Source: Methanomicrobiales archaeon (lineage in GTDB: Archaea; Halobacteriota; Methanomicrobia; Methanomicrobiales; Methanospirillaceae). From it: a stretch of DNA of 64,000 nucleotides. Position 1 is the first letter of the stretch; the number at the start of each line of letters is the position of its first letter. Below the pieces are notes generated by a model. It did not search any database. It was not told the origin of the DNA and was given only the letters and a program-made list of their open reading frames with translations. A program made the position numbers and the translations under genes. This document shows positions 34,118 to 44,091 of this stretch, piece by piece. The DNA is taken from assembly GCA_026394715.1 (NCBI GenBank), contig JAPKXR010000229.1, positions 628-64,627 on the forward strand, read 5' to 3'.

Positions 34118-35876
34118 ATGTCACACGGTTCAGGCGTTATGGTCAGATCGCCGATGTACTTAATAAATACTGATTATGTACAATCCCTGAAGACCTTTCC
34201 ATTGGTATTCGGCGGTTTCGTATCAGGTGCAGTACACCGAATAAACAGCATTCGGTCTATGTCGGATCCGACTTGCAATAGATGAACCCGGGCCAACTTT
34301 TATTAAACTGGGTCAAACTATGAGTTCTCGGCAGGAGCCCCGGCCCGAGCCCCTATCACGGAGTTTGAAAATCTCCAGGACCACAATACTTCGCTCCTGT
34401 TCAGCCAGATTTTTCCGTTATCAGGGTGTCGTGCCCCGGTTACTATGAGATTTTTCTCGAGATCGAGGTGGGACCCATTTCTTCTACGTCCATTGAACAG
34501 GGCCATCATGCGCGCATCAGGGATAGGACCGTTGTTGCCGTATAAAATATGAGGCCTGGTATCGAAGATCTTATTGAGACTGATATCACGCTTCTCGAAT
34601 CTCCTGTGACAAGGCTTGAGAGAGTAGTACCTGACGTCACGTCTCTATCTGTATCTCCGAAAGGAATAGCGAAGGGTTTCACGGGCCAGATACTTAAAGA
34701 ACGGGATCTTGTAATGGACGGAAGCAATGCAGACCGTTTCAGGAAAAATTTTGAAGGGATTGAAGGGGCAAAGTAACGAATGTTGATGAGATCCATAAGA
34801 TGGGCGTCGATCCTGTAACCTTCGCTGGTGTTGAATTCGACTCTTACTTCAAACAGATCTTTGAAAACGGCGTTTCTATCGTAACCCGTATCCCGGGAAC
34901 CTGATGGTTAAGGCGAAATGAAACGTTAGCTTTCTTGATTTAGGGGTGGTGGGAATACTTAAAGCCTGAAAAACGGTTTATTTCTGTCAGGCTGTTCCAC
35001 TGGATTATCCAGACTGATGTTGACATACTGATATTTACATTTGAGAAACTCGGGGTAACCATAATGGGAAGAAGATGGAGAAGCTGTCCGAGCTGAAATG
35101 TATGTTGTCCTTATTGATGCCGAAGGATTCACGACTGGGACAATAATTTTTCAGCGATTGTCAATGACCTGACTGATATACTCAGAAGTTATCATTTCCC
35201 TTGGTACCGATTAGTCTCATGCTGATGCTGAAAGTAATCATTATGATCCGTTGAAGCTGTCGCACGAACGGTTTTCATTCTAACGTAAGGCGAATATTGA
35301 TAAATATATCTGCAAAAACCTAGGCATAGAATTCTGTTTGGCATATCTAAACTTGAAATTCTCAATTTGGAGAACGATTATGGTTCATACGATCGCCTCC
35401 TATATATTGGGATAAAACTCGATCCAGGTTTCAGTTTTGAGAGACGTACTCATATTTTCCTGGAACCGATATCCTGACAAGATGCACCTGCCCGACTAAC
35501 CCATCCGGTTGGCGACGCGATCACTCCTGGAAGCGATAGATGGGATGCTTGACCTGCAACTGAATGTTAATAGGATCCTCAAGAAACTTGAAACTGGTAC
35601 GGTCAGGGTTGAAATTGTCGAGACGAACATCCCAAAAATTCCAGCAGTCACTGGAGTGGACAACCGATAAACTCCTTGCAGGGATTATCACCTGGGCAGT
35701 TGTAATTGGATCTTCACAGATCTTATCGTACCCAAATATTCTGGTTGCCCGATTTTGTCGGGATACTCGCCGTATTAGGGTACAGTGCGATGATGCTGGT
35801 AGGATTTTATGCATTCTACCAGCCACTCGCCTCCATATTCGGGTGGAGGACAAAACCCATGCACCGCGTGAATTAA
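34118..35876 (+). pseudogene. Degraded AarF/UbiB/ABC1-family atypical kinase
   Basis: Colinear + strand fragments in shifting frames: TRFRRYGQIADVL; RIRLAIDEPGPTFIKLGQTMSSR; EFENLQDH; RPGIEDLIETDI..NADRFRKNF; YFKQIFENG; RNPYPGNLMV (HxDPHPGN); FLDLGVVG (DFG); LMLMLKVI..GIKLDP; C-terminal TM LGYSAMMLVGFY. Many frameshifts and stops. Confidence 0.85.
35253..35399. mobile_element. Putative degenerate MITE (about 150 bp) inside the kinase pseudogene
   Basis: Removing 35249-35399 rejoins M-I/L-Y-I-G-I-K-L-D-P in frame. Ends GAAGCTGTCGCACGAAC and revcomp GAGGCGATCGTATGAAC match at 12/17. Interior is AT-rich. Confidence 0.5.
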
Positions 35877-35887
35877 AATGGCCATTG

Positions 35888-36178
35888 TTATCCGGATGTT
35901 TCTTTGCTGAAAAATAAATTGCAATGGCAGGAGCCCTGTTCTTTTATTTCCTGGTCATGATAAATGCAGGGGCATACAATGCTTTTATCCGTTTCTATAT
36001 CCCCGCTCCTGATCCGACAAGGACAGTATCCTACACCAAACCGCTGATTGTTTTTTGCTAGCCCCCGGATCACGCTTTCAAGTCGTTTTTCTTCAGGATT
36101 CAGCCGGTAACCATGCGTTTCAGCGTATTCCGCTGCCCATGCAAGAATCTCCTTTTCCTCTTCCCCGTCCATCATCAT
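35888..36178 (-). CDS. Ferredoxin:thioredoxin reductase catalytic-subunit-like protein
   Basis: YCPCR, VCPCIYH, GSCHCNLF (CPC/CPC/CHC triad). Confidence 0.9.
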   Translation of the reverse strand: MMMDGEEEKEILAWAAEYAETHGYRLNPEEKRLESVIRGLAKNNQRFGVGYCPCRIRSGDIETDKSIVCPCIYHDQEIKEQGSCHCNLFFSKETSG

Positions 36179-36319
36179 TTCCTGTGCTCCCTGTGTAATC
36201 GTACCTGAATTATACGTTAATCGGATATTGACCGGTCTTACATAAGAATATACGATAGTTCTGTTTATTATCGCTATTCTTCAACAACATTGACATGGTG
36301 TGACCTGAAAATCCGAATC

Positions 36320-37030
36320 TTACTCTTCCGCAATTATTCGTATCGCCACCCGGTGATAACAGGTGATGACGTCTCCCTGACCCGTCCTGTAGACATCCTT
36401 GTCAAGGGACTCACCTGTCTTCTTGTCCCAGAGCCGCATTGAGTCCATGCTGATTTCGTCTCCAACATAAATGACCCCGTCTTTTTTCCCAAACTCCAGT
36501 TTGAAATCTACCAAATCGATTCCGCGCCTGCCCAGATATTCCTGGAGCACGTCGTTCACTCGTAATGCAATCCGTTTCATCTCACGTAATTCGTCTGGTG
36601 TTGCAAGTTTCAGCGCGAAGATCAGGTCATCGTTCAGCATCGGGTCGTGATGTGTGTCATCTTTGAAATCGATGACAATTACCGGGGGATTAAGCGGGGT
36701 CCCCTTCTCTACCGGATAATTTTTTACCAATGAGCCGGCGGCGATATTCCGGACGATTACCTCGAGTGGTATCATGTTCAGGTTGCGTGCAATCAGGGAA
36801 GTATCATCAATTTTTCTGACGAGGTGTGTTTTAATGCCGTTTTTCTCGAGGATCCCGAAGAAAAATGTTGAAACTCCGGCATTCAGGCTCCCTTTTTCAG
36901 CCAGCGTGTCTTTCTTCTGGCCGTCGAATGCTGTAATATCGTCCCTGAACTTTATTAACAGTTCTCCGGGATTTTCAGTCCGGTATACAGATTTTGCTTT
37001 CCCGGAATACAACAAATCAAGTTGTTTCAT
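36320..37030 (-). CDS. purC: SAICAR synthetase
   Basis: LYSGKAK, IPLEVIVRNIAAGS, LVDFKLEFG, DEISMDSMRLWD, LDKDVYR. Confidence 0.96.
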   Translation of the reverse strand: MKQLDLLYSGKAKSVYRTENPGELLIKFRDDITAFDGQKKDTLAEKGSLNAGVSTFFFGILEKNGIKTHLVRKIDDTSLIARNLNMIPLEVIVRNIAAGSLVKNYPVEKGTPLNPPVIVIDFKDDTHHDPMLNDDLIFALKLATPDELREMKRIALRVNDVLQEYLGRRGIDLVDFKLEFGKKDGVIYVGDEISMDSMRLWDKKTGESLDKDVYRTGQGDVITCYHRVAIRIIAEE

Positions 37031-38015
37031 GACGATGTCTCCTGTCTGATAACTGTTGCACAAGGCGCTTAATAAGTGGTTCTAATTCGTCTGAATACCA
37101 GCCCTTTTCTATAAACCGGGGATAAATACAGAGGCGCTCCTGAAGGTGATAATTCCCCGCAGAGAGCCTGAGTTCGTCTTCTCCGGGCCATGGATGCTCC
37201 GGGTTCACATAATCGATTGTCAACGGCGATATCCCTCCAAGGTCATTTACACCACATGGAATCAGGGATGCTGCATCCGCGAGGTTCGGCGCTACCTGGA
37301 TGGCCACATCATCCGGAAGGAGGTCACGCGCGATCCGTATCGCCACGCACATCTCATCAAAACCGATCTCCTGCCTGATGCACATTGGTGTCCCGGGTTT
37401 AGGGCAGAAATTCTGAATTATCACTTCCTGGATATGGCCATACCGTTTGTGAAGGTCACGTATCACCATGAGTGACTCCTCGCGGTCCTGCATTGTCTCG
37501 CCAATACCAAGAAGGAGACCCGTGGTGAACGGGATCTGTAGTATCCCTGCATTTTCAATCATTTCAATCCGGATTTCGGGGATTTTTCCTGGTGAATTTC
37601 GATGTGCAGGAATTTCTGCGGTTGTCTCCAGCATCAGGCCCATGCTGGCATTCACTGGTTTCAAATACTCCAGTTCTTCAGCAGTCAGGATTCCTGCATT
37701 TGTATGGGGCAGGATATCGGTTTTAATGCTTTTTTTACAGAGTGCATAGCAGTACTGCAGAATACTATTATAGCCTGTCCCGTTAATCAGGGCTTTGAAA
37801 CCCGGCTCTTCTTCGGGTCGTTCTCCAAAGGTAAAAAGGGCCTCTGTACAGCCTTTCTCTGCACCGCGGGACAGTGTGCGTTCTGCATCATCGGGTTGCA
37901 TAATGCAGTGTTCTGTTACCGGAGTCCGGAAACAACAGTATTCACACCGGTTGCGGCAGACGGTGGTAAGTGGCAGGAAGATATTTTTTGAGAAGGTAAT
38001 TACGTTCCTGTTCAT
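37017..38015 (-). CDS. cofG: FO synthase subunit CofG (radical SAM)
   Basis: ITFSKNIFLPLTTVCRNRCEYC, PHTNAG, NASMGLMLET, DLGGISP...DYVNPEHPWP. Confidence 0.94.
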   Translation of the reverse strand: MNRNVITFSKNIFLPLTTVCRNRCEYCCFRTPVTEHCIMQPDDAERTLSRGAEKGCTEALFTFGERPEEEPGFKALINGTGYNSILQYCYALCKKSIKTDILPHTNAGILTAEELEYLKPVNASMGLMLETTAEIPAHRNSPGKIPEIRIEMIENAGILQIPFTTGLLLGIGETMQDREESLMVIRDLHKRYGHIQEVIIQNFCPKPGTPMCIRQEIGFDEMCVAIRIARDLLPDDVAIQVAPNLADAASLIPCGVNDLGGISPLTIDYVNPEHPWPGEDELRLSAGNYHLQERLCIYPRFIEKGWYSDELEPLIKRLVQQLSDRRHRHETT

Positions 38016-38123
38016 GGTACGAGCGCACCGTTTGTTAATTGCTATGTGAGCTCTTTGGTAATTTATTGATCGATCCGCATAAAAGCGATGGATTTTTGAG
38101 GTCCGTGGTGCTATTCGTATAAA

Positions 38124-38774
38124 ATGTCCATAGTGGCCGTGGTCCCTTTCAAACCGGTAAACCCGAAGAGCCGACTGTCATCTGTGCTGTCAACCGCTGA
38201 ACGTGAATTATTCGCGGAAGCAATGCTGACCGATGTAATCCTATCCCTTAAGGAAGCCGGATGCAACCCATTTATTCTCTCCACGGTCCCCCTTCACTGT
38301 GCATATGCGAAGGTTAACGTCTCAGCCGAGGAACTGAACCCCGCACTGAACGGCCTGATCGGAAGTTCGTCAGGTCCTTTGCTTATTATCATGGCCGACT
38401 TACCTCTGGTCACGCCCGATGTAGTCCGGCGGATGATATCCACCACCTGTGACATGGCACTTGGCCCTGGTAGAGGTGGGGGGACGAATGCGATATTCAT
38501 CAAAGACTGTTCCCGTTTCCATGTTGATTATTACGGGGCCAGTTTCTTGAAACACCGGGCAATCGCGGAGAAGGCGGGACTCTCCTGTGAAATCGTGGAC
38601 TCATTCCGGCTCCATACCGACGTTGATGAACGGGAAGACCTCGTGGAACTGATGATCCACGGTCATGGGAAAGCGGTTGATTTTCTGAAACGATGTGGGT
38701 TCTCACTATTAATCGAAAAAGGGCGTGTTGGTGTCTCCCGGAGCACTGGACCAGTATCTTCGCCGGGCGGGTAA
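38124..38774 (+). CDS. cofC: 2-phospho-L-lactate/PEP guanylyltransferase
   Basis: VVPFK..PKSRLS, MADLPL, GRGGGTN, SFLKH, DVDEREDL; divergent from cofG. Confidence 0.93.
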   Translation: MSIVAVVPFKPVNPKSRLSSVLSTAERELFAEAMLTDVILSLKEAGCNPFILSTVPLHCAYAKVNVSAEELNPALNGLIGSSSGPLLIIMADLPLVTPDVVRRMISTTCDMALGPGRGGGTNAIFIKDCSRFHVDYYGASFLKHRAIAEKAGLSCEIVDSFRLHTDVDEREDLVELMIHGHGKAVDFLKRCGFSLLIEKGRVGVSRSTGPVSSPGG

Positions 38775-38782
38775 TTGCAGAA

Positions 38783-39526
38783 TTATTTTTGTAAAAGGAA
38801 AAACCGGTACCCATATTCATCTGAATGCTCCCTGAATAACGAGATTTCCTTCCTTGATACTTCAACCAATGCCCGGGCTTCATCATTACCCGCGTATATG
38901 TTTTCAAATTCTGCGAGTCGTATTTCAAACGGGTCATAGTAATTACTCCACCATGCAGAATCGGGGAAATTAAATGATGAAAGGAGGGTGTAACCAGCGG
39001 CGTTAATCTTGTCTTCGTTACCCCTGACGGTGGTCATGGCGGGATATTGCTGCCCGAAAAATTCTCTGGTACCGGGTGATGGCCTGTCAGTAAACCATAC
39101 CAGTTCAGATAACGCGAGGTAACCACCGGTTTTTAAAAATTGTTTCCAGTAGCGGATCCCCTCAAAAAACCCCATAACGAACACAGAGCCTTCAGCCCAG
39201 ATGATGTCGAAAAATTCAGGGCCAAACGGGAGGTCATCCATTGATGTGCATTTCGTGGTGATCCGCTGGCCAAGGCCCCTTTCATCGGAATTTTTCTTAA
39301 GTATGTCCAGATAAGGCTGGTACACATCAATGGCCGTAATAACCGCATCCCTGGCGAATGTTGCCAGAGCGAGCGTCTGCACCCCGGTACCACAGCCAAT
39401 GTCGAGGATTGTTGGTGCTGCCGGGACATCAGGCAGCAGAGAAAACATTTTTTCAGTACATGCATCGGCTCCCGGCCCCTGTCTCGGCAGTTCTTCGAAT
39501 AGCTCAAAAATCAGCGAATTTTCCAT
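38783..39526 (-). CDS. Class I SAM-dependent methyltransferase
   Basis: PRQGPG, ILDIGCGTG, FDIIWAEGS. Confidence 0.9.
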   Translation of the reverse strand: MENSLIFELFEELPRQGPGADACTEKMFSLLPDVPAAPTILDIGCGTGVQTLALATFARDAVITAIDVYQPYLDILKKNSDERGLGQRITTKCTSMDDLPFGPEFFDIIWAEGSVFVMGFFEGIRYWKQFLKTGGYLALSELVWFTDRPSPGTREFFGQQYPAMTTVRGNEDKINAAGYTLLSSFNFPDSAWWSNYYDPFEIRLAEFENIYAGNDEARALVEVSRKEISLFREHSDEYGYRFFLLQK

Positions 39527-39616
39527 ATACCGGATGGTTGGAACACAATTCCATACATCTTTTCCGGCATACTCCTGATGAAAGGTATCTTATCTGATCA
39601 AAGTGAGGAACTAATT

Positions 39617-40102
39617 ATGACGGATACAACGGAGCAACCACCAATGGTACGACCCGGGGATATCGGGAAGAATTTTTCTCTTAAGGACCAGAATGATAAA
39701 ACGTTTGACCTTCTTGAAAATTCAGGTAAAAAGACCCTTCTTTCATTCCATCCCCTTGCGTGGACAGCATTCTGTGCTGGACAGATGGAATCGCTTGAAA
39801 TAAACCGTGATGCGTTGGAATCTCTTGGCACGCTTGCGATAGGGATCAGTGTCGATTCGGTCCCTTGTAAAAGGGCATGGGCCGAATCTCTTGGTATTAA
39901 GAATACAAGGCTGCTTTGCGATTTCTGGCCTCATGGGAACGTAGCAAAGATGTACGGGATCTTCAGGGTTACCAATGGGTTTTCAGAGCGGGCCAATATC
40001 ATTGTGGATGAACACCAGAACGTGTTATTTATCAAGGTATATCCTGTCCATAGTATTCCAGATATCAGTGAAATTATCAGTTTCCTCAAGAATTCAGCGT
40101 AA
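39617..40102 (+). CDS. Peroxiredoxin (AhpC/TSA, AhpE-like)
   Basis: FHPLAWTAFC (PxxxTxxC), ISVDS, DFWPHG, SERA. Confidence 0.88.
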   Translation: MTDTTEQPPMVRPGDIGKNFSLKDQNDKTFDLLENSGKKTLLSFHPLAWTAFCAGQMESLEINRDALESLGTLAIGISVDSVPCKRAWAESLGIKNTRLLCDFWPHGNVAKMYGIFRVTNGFSERANIIVDEHQNVLFIKVYPVHSIPDISEIISFLKNSA

Positions 40103-40219
40103 ACAATATCTGACCCGTCCGATCAATTGTAAAATGGGAAGAAAAAGACGGTTAATTTGATGTGCCGGTCTCCTGAAGGTATTTAACCGGTTACAATGAT
40201 GGCACGGCCGAATCCCGGG

Positions 40220-41002
40220 TCATTCCTTCCCTTTCTTACTGATATTCCGTAACGTGCCCATGAACAGGCAGTCATCTGCCGCAATTGCTTCGATTCCGAC
40301 TTCATCTGTAAGTGGTAGACCGAGTCCCCTCACGATTGCGATTGGCATACATTCATCTGCCTCGCCCATCACCAGTTCGGCAGCTGTCGCAATGTTATCT
40401 GCCACAGCCCTTTTCGTCACCAGCAGTTTCCTTCCAAAAAGGTCGCATCTCCCGCGATCATCTATCACGGATGGAATCCCTGCACACCCGATTGCGACAC
40501 CGCTGCACCCGACCCTCATCGCATGTGTCCTGCTGTCCGCTACAATCACCCCGATGTTCACCCTGCACCGGCTGAACACCTCTTTCCTGATACGGTCGGC
40601 GCTTGAATCCGGGTCACAAGGGAGTGGCACAAGATATCCGGGAGGTGCGTTTGACGCATCCACCCCTGCATTGGGAAGCAAAGTACCGCCTTTCATGCAA
40701 AGAAGAAATCCTGAAATTCCTCCGACAATATGGTCGCTCTCACGGATAACGACCTCAACTTCCCGTGGATCCATGTTGAATTCATCTGCAAGTGCCATGG
40801 CTTTCGCGGAAGGGATGACATCTCCGAGATTGATCAGGCGACCTTCGGCAGTTGCGAGTGCGGATTCGGCAATAACAATAATATCCCCCTCAAGAAGTGA
40901 ATAATTTGTCCATGATAATGCTGTGATGAGGACAGAAATGATATCATCTCCGGGATTGATAATCCCTGTTGAAACTCCCCTGACCCCGAATTCTGCATTC
41001 AT
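40220..41002 (-). CDS. cofE: CofE-family gamma-glutamyl ligase (F420-0:glutamate ligase or FolC2-type folylpolyglutamate ligase)
   Basis: PGDD, NAGVDASN, DPDSSA, DLFGRKL, MGEADE. Last gene of the glyA-folD-folP operon. Confidence 0.8.
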   Translation of the reverse strand: MNAEFGVRGVSTGIINPGDDIISVLITALSWTNYSLLEGDIIVIAESALATAEGRLINLGDVIPSAKAMALADEFNMDPREVEVVIRESDHIVGGISGFLLCMKGGTLLPNAGVDASNAPPGYLVPLPCDPDSSADRIRKEVFSRCRVNIGVIVADSRTHAMRVGCSGVAIGCAGIPSVIDDRGRCDLFGRKLLVTKRAVADNIATAAELVMGEADECMPIAIVRGLGLPLTDEVGIEAIAADDCLFMGTLRNISKKGKE

Positions 41003-41814
41003 TCTGTTTTCTCCATGGTTTCGTAGACGATAATTGCATCTTTCGTCTCTTTCACATCGTGACATCGGACAATATCTGCACCTTTCGAAAGAAGAAGGGT
41101 AGTCAGGGCAAGGCTGCCTGCCAGTCGTTCTTCGGGAAGTTTCCGGGCGAGAAGGTCCCCAATAAAGGTCTTACGTGATATTGCAAGAAGAAGGGGGTGA
41201 TTGAATTTTTTAAACTCATGGAACTGTCTGCACAGCTGCCAGTCAAGGGCAACGGTACGGGTAGGGTTCCATAAACCAATCCCCGGATCAAGGATATATT
41301 CCCCTACTGAAAGGGAATCGCACCGCGATGTGACGAGCTGTAATGCATTGACAGTACCTGCCATGTCACTCGAGTCACCAGGTGCAGATGTGGATGCCAT
41401 AAGAAAACAGGGGAGCCCGGAATCGGCGGTCATTTTTGCGTATACCTGGTCAGCAAGTCCATTGATATCGTTAATGGCGTGGATATCGAATTTCAGGCAC
41501 TGCCTGAGTACTGTCGGGCGCATCGTATCAACAGAGATCGTTGCTCCGGTCCCCTCAAGTTCCTGAAGGGCTGCTACCATTCGCTCTGCTTCGCAGGAAG
41601 GGCTGACCGGGGGTGCAAAGGGCGAGGTACTCCGTGCCCCGATATCGATGATATCAGCGCCCTGTGCCATCATTTCCACGGCCCGCTGACCGATGTCCTT
41701 ACCTGAACGATATGATCCACTAAAAAATGATTCCGGGCTGCAATTGATGACCCCTATGGTCCTGACCGGTGCACCATCACCGATTTTCAGCCCGTTTACG
41801 ATACATTGGTGCAT
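40999..41814 (-). CDS. folP: Dihydropteroate synthase
   Basis: [44 protein letters not shown]. Confidence 0.92.
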   Translation of the reverse strand: MHQCIVNGLKIGDGAPVRTIGVINCSPESFFSGSYRSGKDIGQRAVEMMAQGADIIDIGARSTSPFAPPVSPSCEAERMVAALQELEGTGATISVDTMRPTVLRQCLKFDIHAINDINGLADQVYAKMTADSGLPCFLMASTSAPGDSSDMAGTVNALQLVTSRCDSLSVGEYILDPGIGLWNPTRTVALDWQLCRQFHEFKKFNHPLLLAISRKTFIGDLLARKLPEERLAGSLALTTLLLSKGADIVRCHDVKETKDAIIVYETMEKTE

Positions 41815-42638
41815 GAACGTTCCACTGCTGCCAGGTAAGTGTTCTCCATGAGTGATGCGATCGTCATCGGACCTACCCCCCCTGGTACCGGAGTTATTGC
41901 TCCTGCAACATCTTTTACCTGGTCAAAATCAACATCGCCGCATAATTTTCCATCAAGGTAGTTGATCCCGACATCGATTACCACCGCCCCGGGTTTAATC
42001 ATATCCGAGGTGATAAATCTGGCTTTTCCAACTGCGCTGACCACTATATCAGCTCGTCTCATCTCATCCTTCAGATTTCTGGTCTTTGAATGCGCTATCG
42101 TAATCGTTGCATCACGATGAAGGAGTAATGCTGCCATTGGACGCCCAACGTCGATGCTGCGTCCTGCTATCAAAGTTCTTGCGCCCTGAATCGGGATATT
42201 ATATGCATCCAGAAGCGTCATGACCCCCTTTGGTGTGCACGGAGCGAACCTTGGCGTTCCTGCATAGAGGAGGCCGATATTACAGGGATGAAAACCATCA
42301 ACATCCTTCTCCGGTGCGACTGCCTGGATCACCCTGCTGGTTTCGACCTGTAGTGGCAGCGGGAGCTGGACGAGGATACCATTGATCGATGGATCGTTAT
42401 TTAATTCCCTGATTTTTGCAAGGACTTCCATTGTGGTGGCAGTAGCAGGGAGACATGCCTTAACTGAGACAATATGTACCTTTTCACAGGCCTCATGTTT
42501 CATCCGTACGTACATCTTTGATCCGGGATCCTCCCCTATGAGGACCGTTGCAAGACAAGGCTGAACCCCAGATTCGTCTACCTGTTTTCGTACCAGATCC
42601 AGCCTTTTACCCGCAACCATCCTGCCATCGATGATCAT
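41796..42638 (-). CDS. folD: Methylenetetrahydrofolate dehydrogenase/cyclohydrolase
   Basis: [44 protein letters not shown]. Confidence 0.96.
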   Translation of the reverse strand: MIIDGRMVAGKRLDLVRKQVDESGVQPCLATVLIGEDPGSKMYVRMKHEACEKVHIVSVKACLPATATTMEVLAKIRELNNDPSINGILVQLPLPLQVETSRVIQAVAPEKDVDGFHPCNIGLLYAGTPRFAPCTPKGVMTLLDAYNIPIQGARTLIAGRSIDVGRPMAALLLHRDATITIAHSKTRNLKDEMRRADIVVSAVGKARFITSDMIKPGAVVIDVGINYLDGKLCGDVDFDQVKDVAGAITPVPGGVGPMTIASLMENTYLAAVERSCTNVS

Positions 42639-42639
42639 G

Positions 42640-43878
42640 TTATTCGGGGAAAAGCGGGTATTTACCTGCCATTTCTATGACTTCTTTTCCAATCCTGTTA
42701 ATTTTTGCAGTATTACTGATATCTTTCAGGATTGATGCGACGAAGTCACCAATCTGGTGCATCTGCTCTTCTTTCATGCCGCGGCTTGTTACGGCTGGTG
42801 TACCAACTCGGAGGCCGCTCGTGACAAACGGGCTGCGGTTTTCATTGGGTATCGTATTTTTGTTGACCGTGATGCCTGCCTTGCCTAGTGCGACTTCAGC
42901 TTCGAGACCGGTGATTCCCTGTGCGGTTAGGTCGAGGAGGATGAGATGGTTATCCGTCCCGCCTGAAACCAGCCTGAGATCATGCTCGATCAGGGTATCT
43001 GCCATCGCCTTTGCATTTTTCACGATCTGCCTGCTGTAGTCAGTAAAGGAAGGCCGAAGCGCTTCATGGAAACATACGGCTTTCGCAGTAATTGTATGCA
43101 TCAGCGGGCCCCCCTGCATTCCTGGAAATATTGCCTTATCTATTGCCTGGGCGTATTCGTTATTACACATTATTGCCCCGCCTCGGGGTCCTCGAAGTGT
43201 TTTATGTGTTGTTGTTGTCGTAAAATTTACGACGCCTACTGAGTTCGGGTGGACCCCTGTTGCGCAAAGTCCGGCGATATGTGCGATATCTGCCATGCAA
43301 TATGCACCAACGCTGTCGGCTATCTCCTGAAATGCCTTAAAGTCTATTGTGCGTGGATATGCCGACGCACCACAGACGAGGATTTTAGGTTTTTCCTTCC
43401 TTGCAAGGTCCTCCACAACACCGTAATCAATAACTTCTGTCTTTGGATCAACGCCATACTGAGCAACGTTATAAAACTGGCCTGTAAAACTTACCGGTGA
43501 CCCATGAGAAAGATGTCCACCCTGTGAAAGCTTCATACTCATCAGAGTCTCGCCCAGTTTCATGAATGCAAAATATACTGCCATGTTCGCCTGGGTACCG
43601 GAATGTGGCTGGACGTTAGCATGCTGTGCGCCAAAAAGGGTTTTAAGCCGTTCTCGAGCGAGGTTTTCCGCCATGTCATGAAATTCACAGCCACCGTAGT
43701 ACCTTTTTCCGGGATAACCTTCGGCATACTTGTTGGTCATTATCGACCCCATCGCTTCCAGTACCGCCTTACTGACAAGATTCTCTGATGCTATCAGTTC
43801 CAGCCCGTTCAACTGGCGAAGACGTTCTCTCTCTATTATATCGGCTATTTCACGATCAGTCGCAGGCAGATGTGACAT
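42640..43878 (-). CDS. glyA: Serine hydroxymethyltransferase (bacterial/THF-type signature)
   Basis: [47 protein letters not shown]. Confidence 0.97.
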   Translation of the reverse strand: MSHLPATDREIADIIERERLRQLNGLELIASENLVSKAVLEAMGSIMTNKYAEGYPGKRYYGGCEFHDMAENLARERLKTLFGAQHANVQPHSGTQANMAVYFAFMKLGETLMSMKLSQGGHLSHGSPVSFTGQFYNVAQYGVDPKTEVIDYGVVEDLARKEKPKILVCGASAYPRTIDFKAFQEIADSVGAYCMADIAHIAGLCATGVHPNSVGVVNFTTTTTHKTLRGPRGGAIMCNNEYAQAIDKAIFPGMQGGPLMHTITAKAVCFHEALRPSFTDYSRQIVKNAKAMADTLIEHDLRLVSGGTDNHLILLDLTAQGITGLEAEVALGKAGITVNKNTIPNENRSPFVTSGLRVGTPAVTSRGMKEEQMHQIGDFVASILKDISNTAKINRIGKEVIEMAGKYPLFPE

Positions 43879-44053
43879 ATATAAAAAAGTCGTCCTGATA
43901 TGGTAATACCTTTTCTTCTCAAGAGGCGATTCGCGGAAAATTCCCTGTAATTTAACCGATAATATTGTTAACCGCGGCGGAATGGTGCATATTCATTGAT
44001 GGGTGCGTGAGTGTACCCGGTTAATTTGTGAAAGGAAGCCAAATGATTAACTT

Positions 44054-44083
44054 TCAGTTCATCTAATATCAGTTCATCTAATA
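44054..44083 (+). repeat. Perfect 15-bp tandem duplication TCAGTTCATCTAATA x2
   Basis: 44054-44068 is identical to 44069-44083. Confidence 0.9.
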
Positions 44084-44091
44084 GTATTCTG

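Noticed and set aside
34318..35917. Short ORFs in the gltX-FTR gap treated as independent genes
   Set aside because: They are fragments or antisense shadows of the AarF/UbiB pseudogene.
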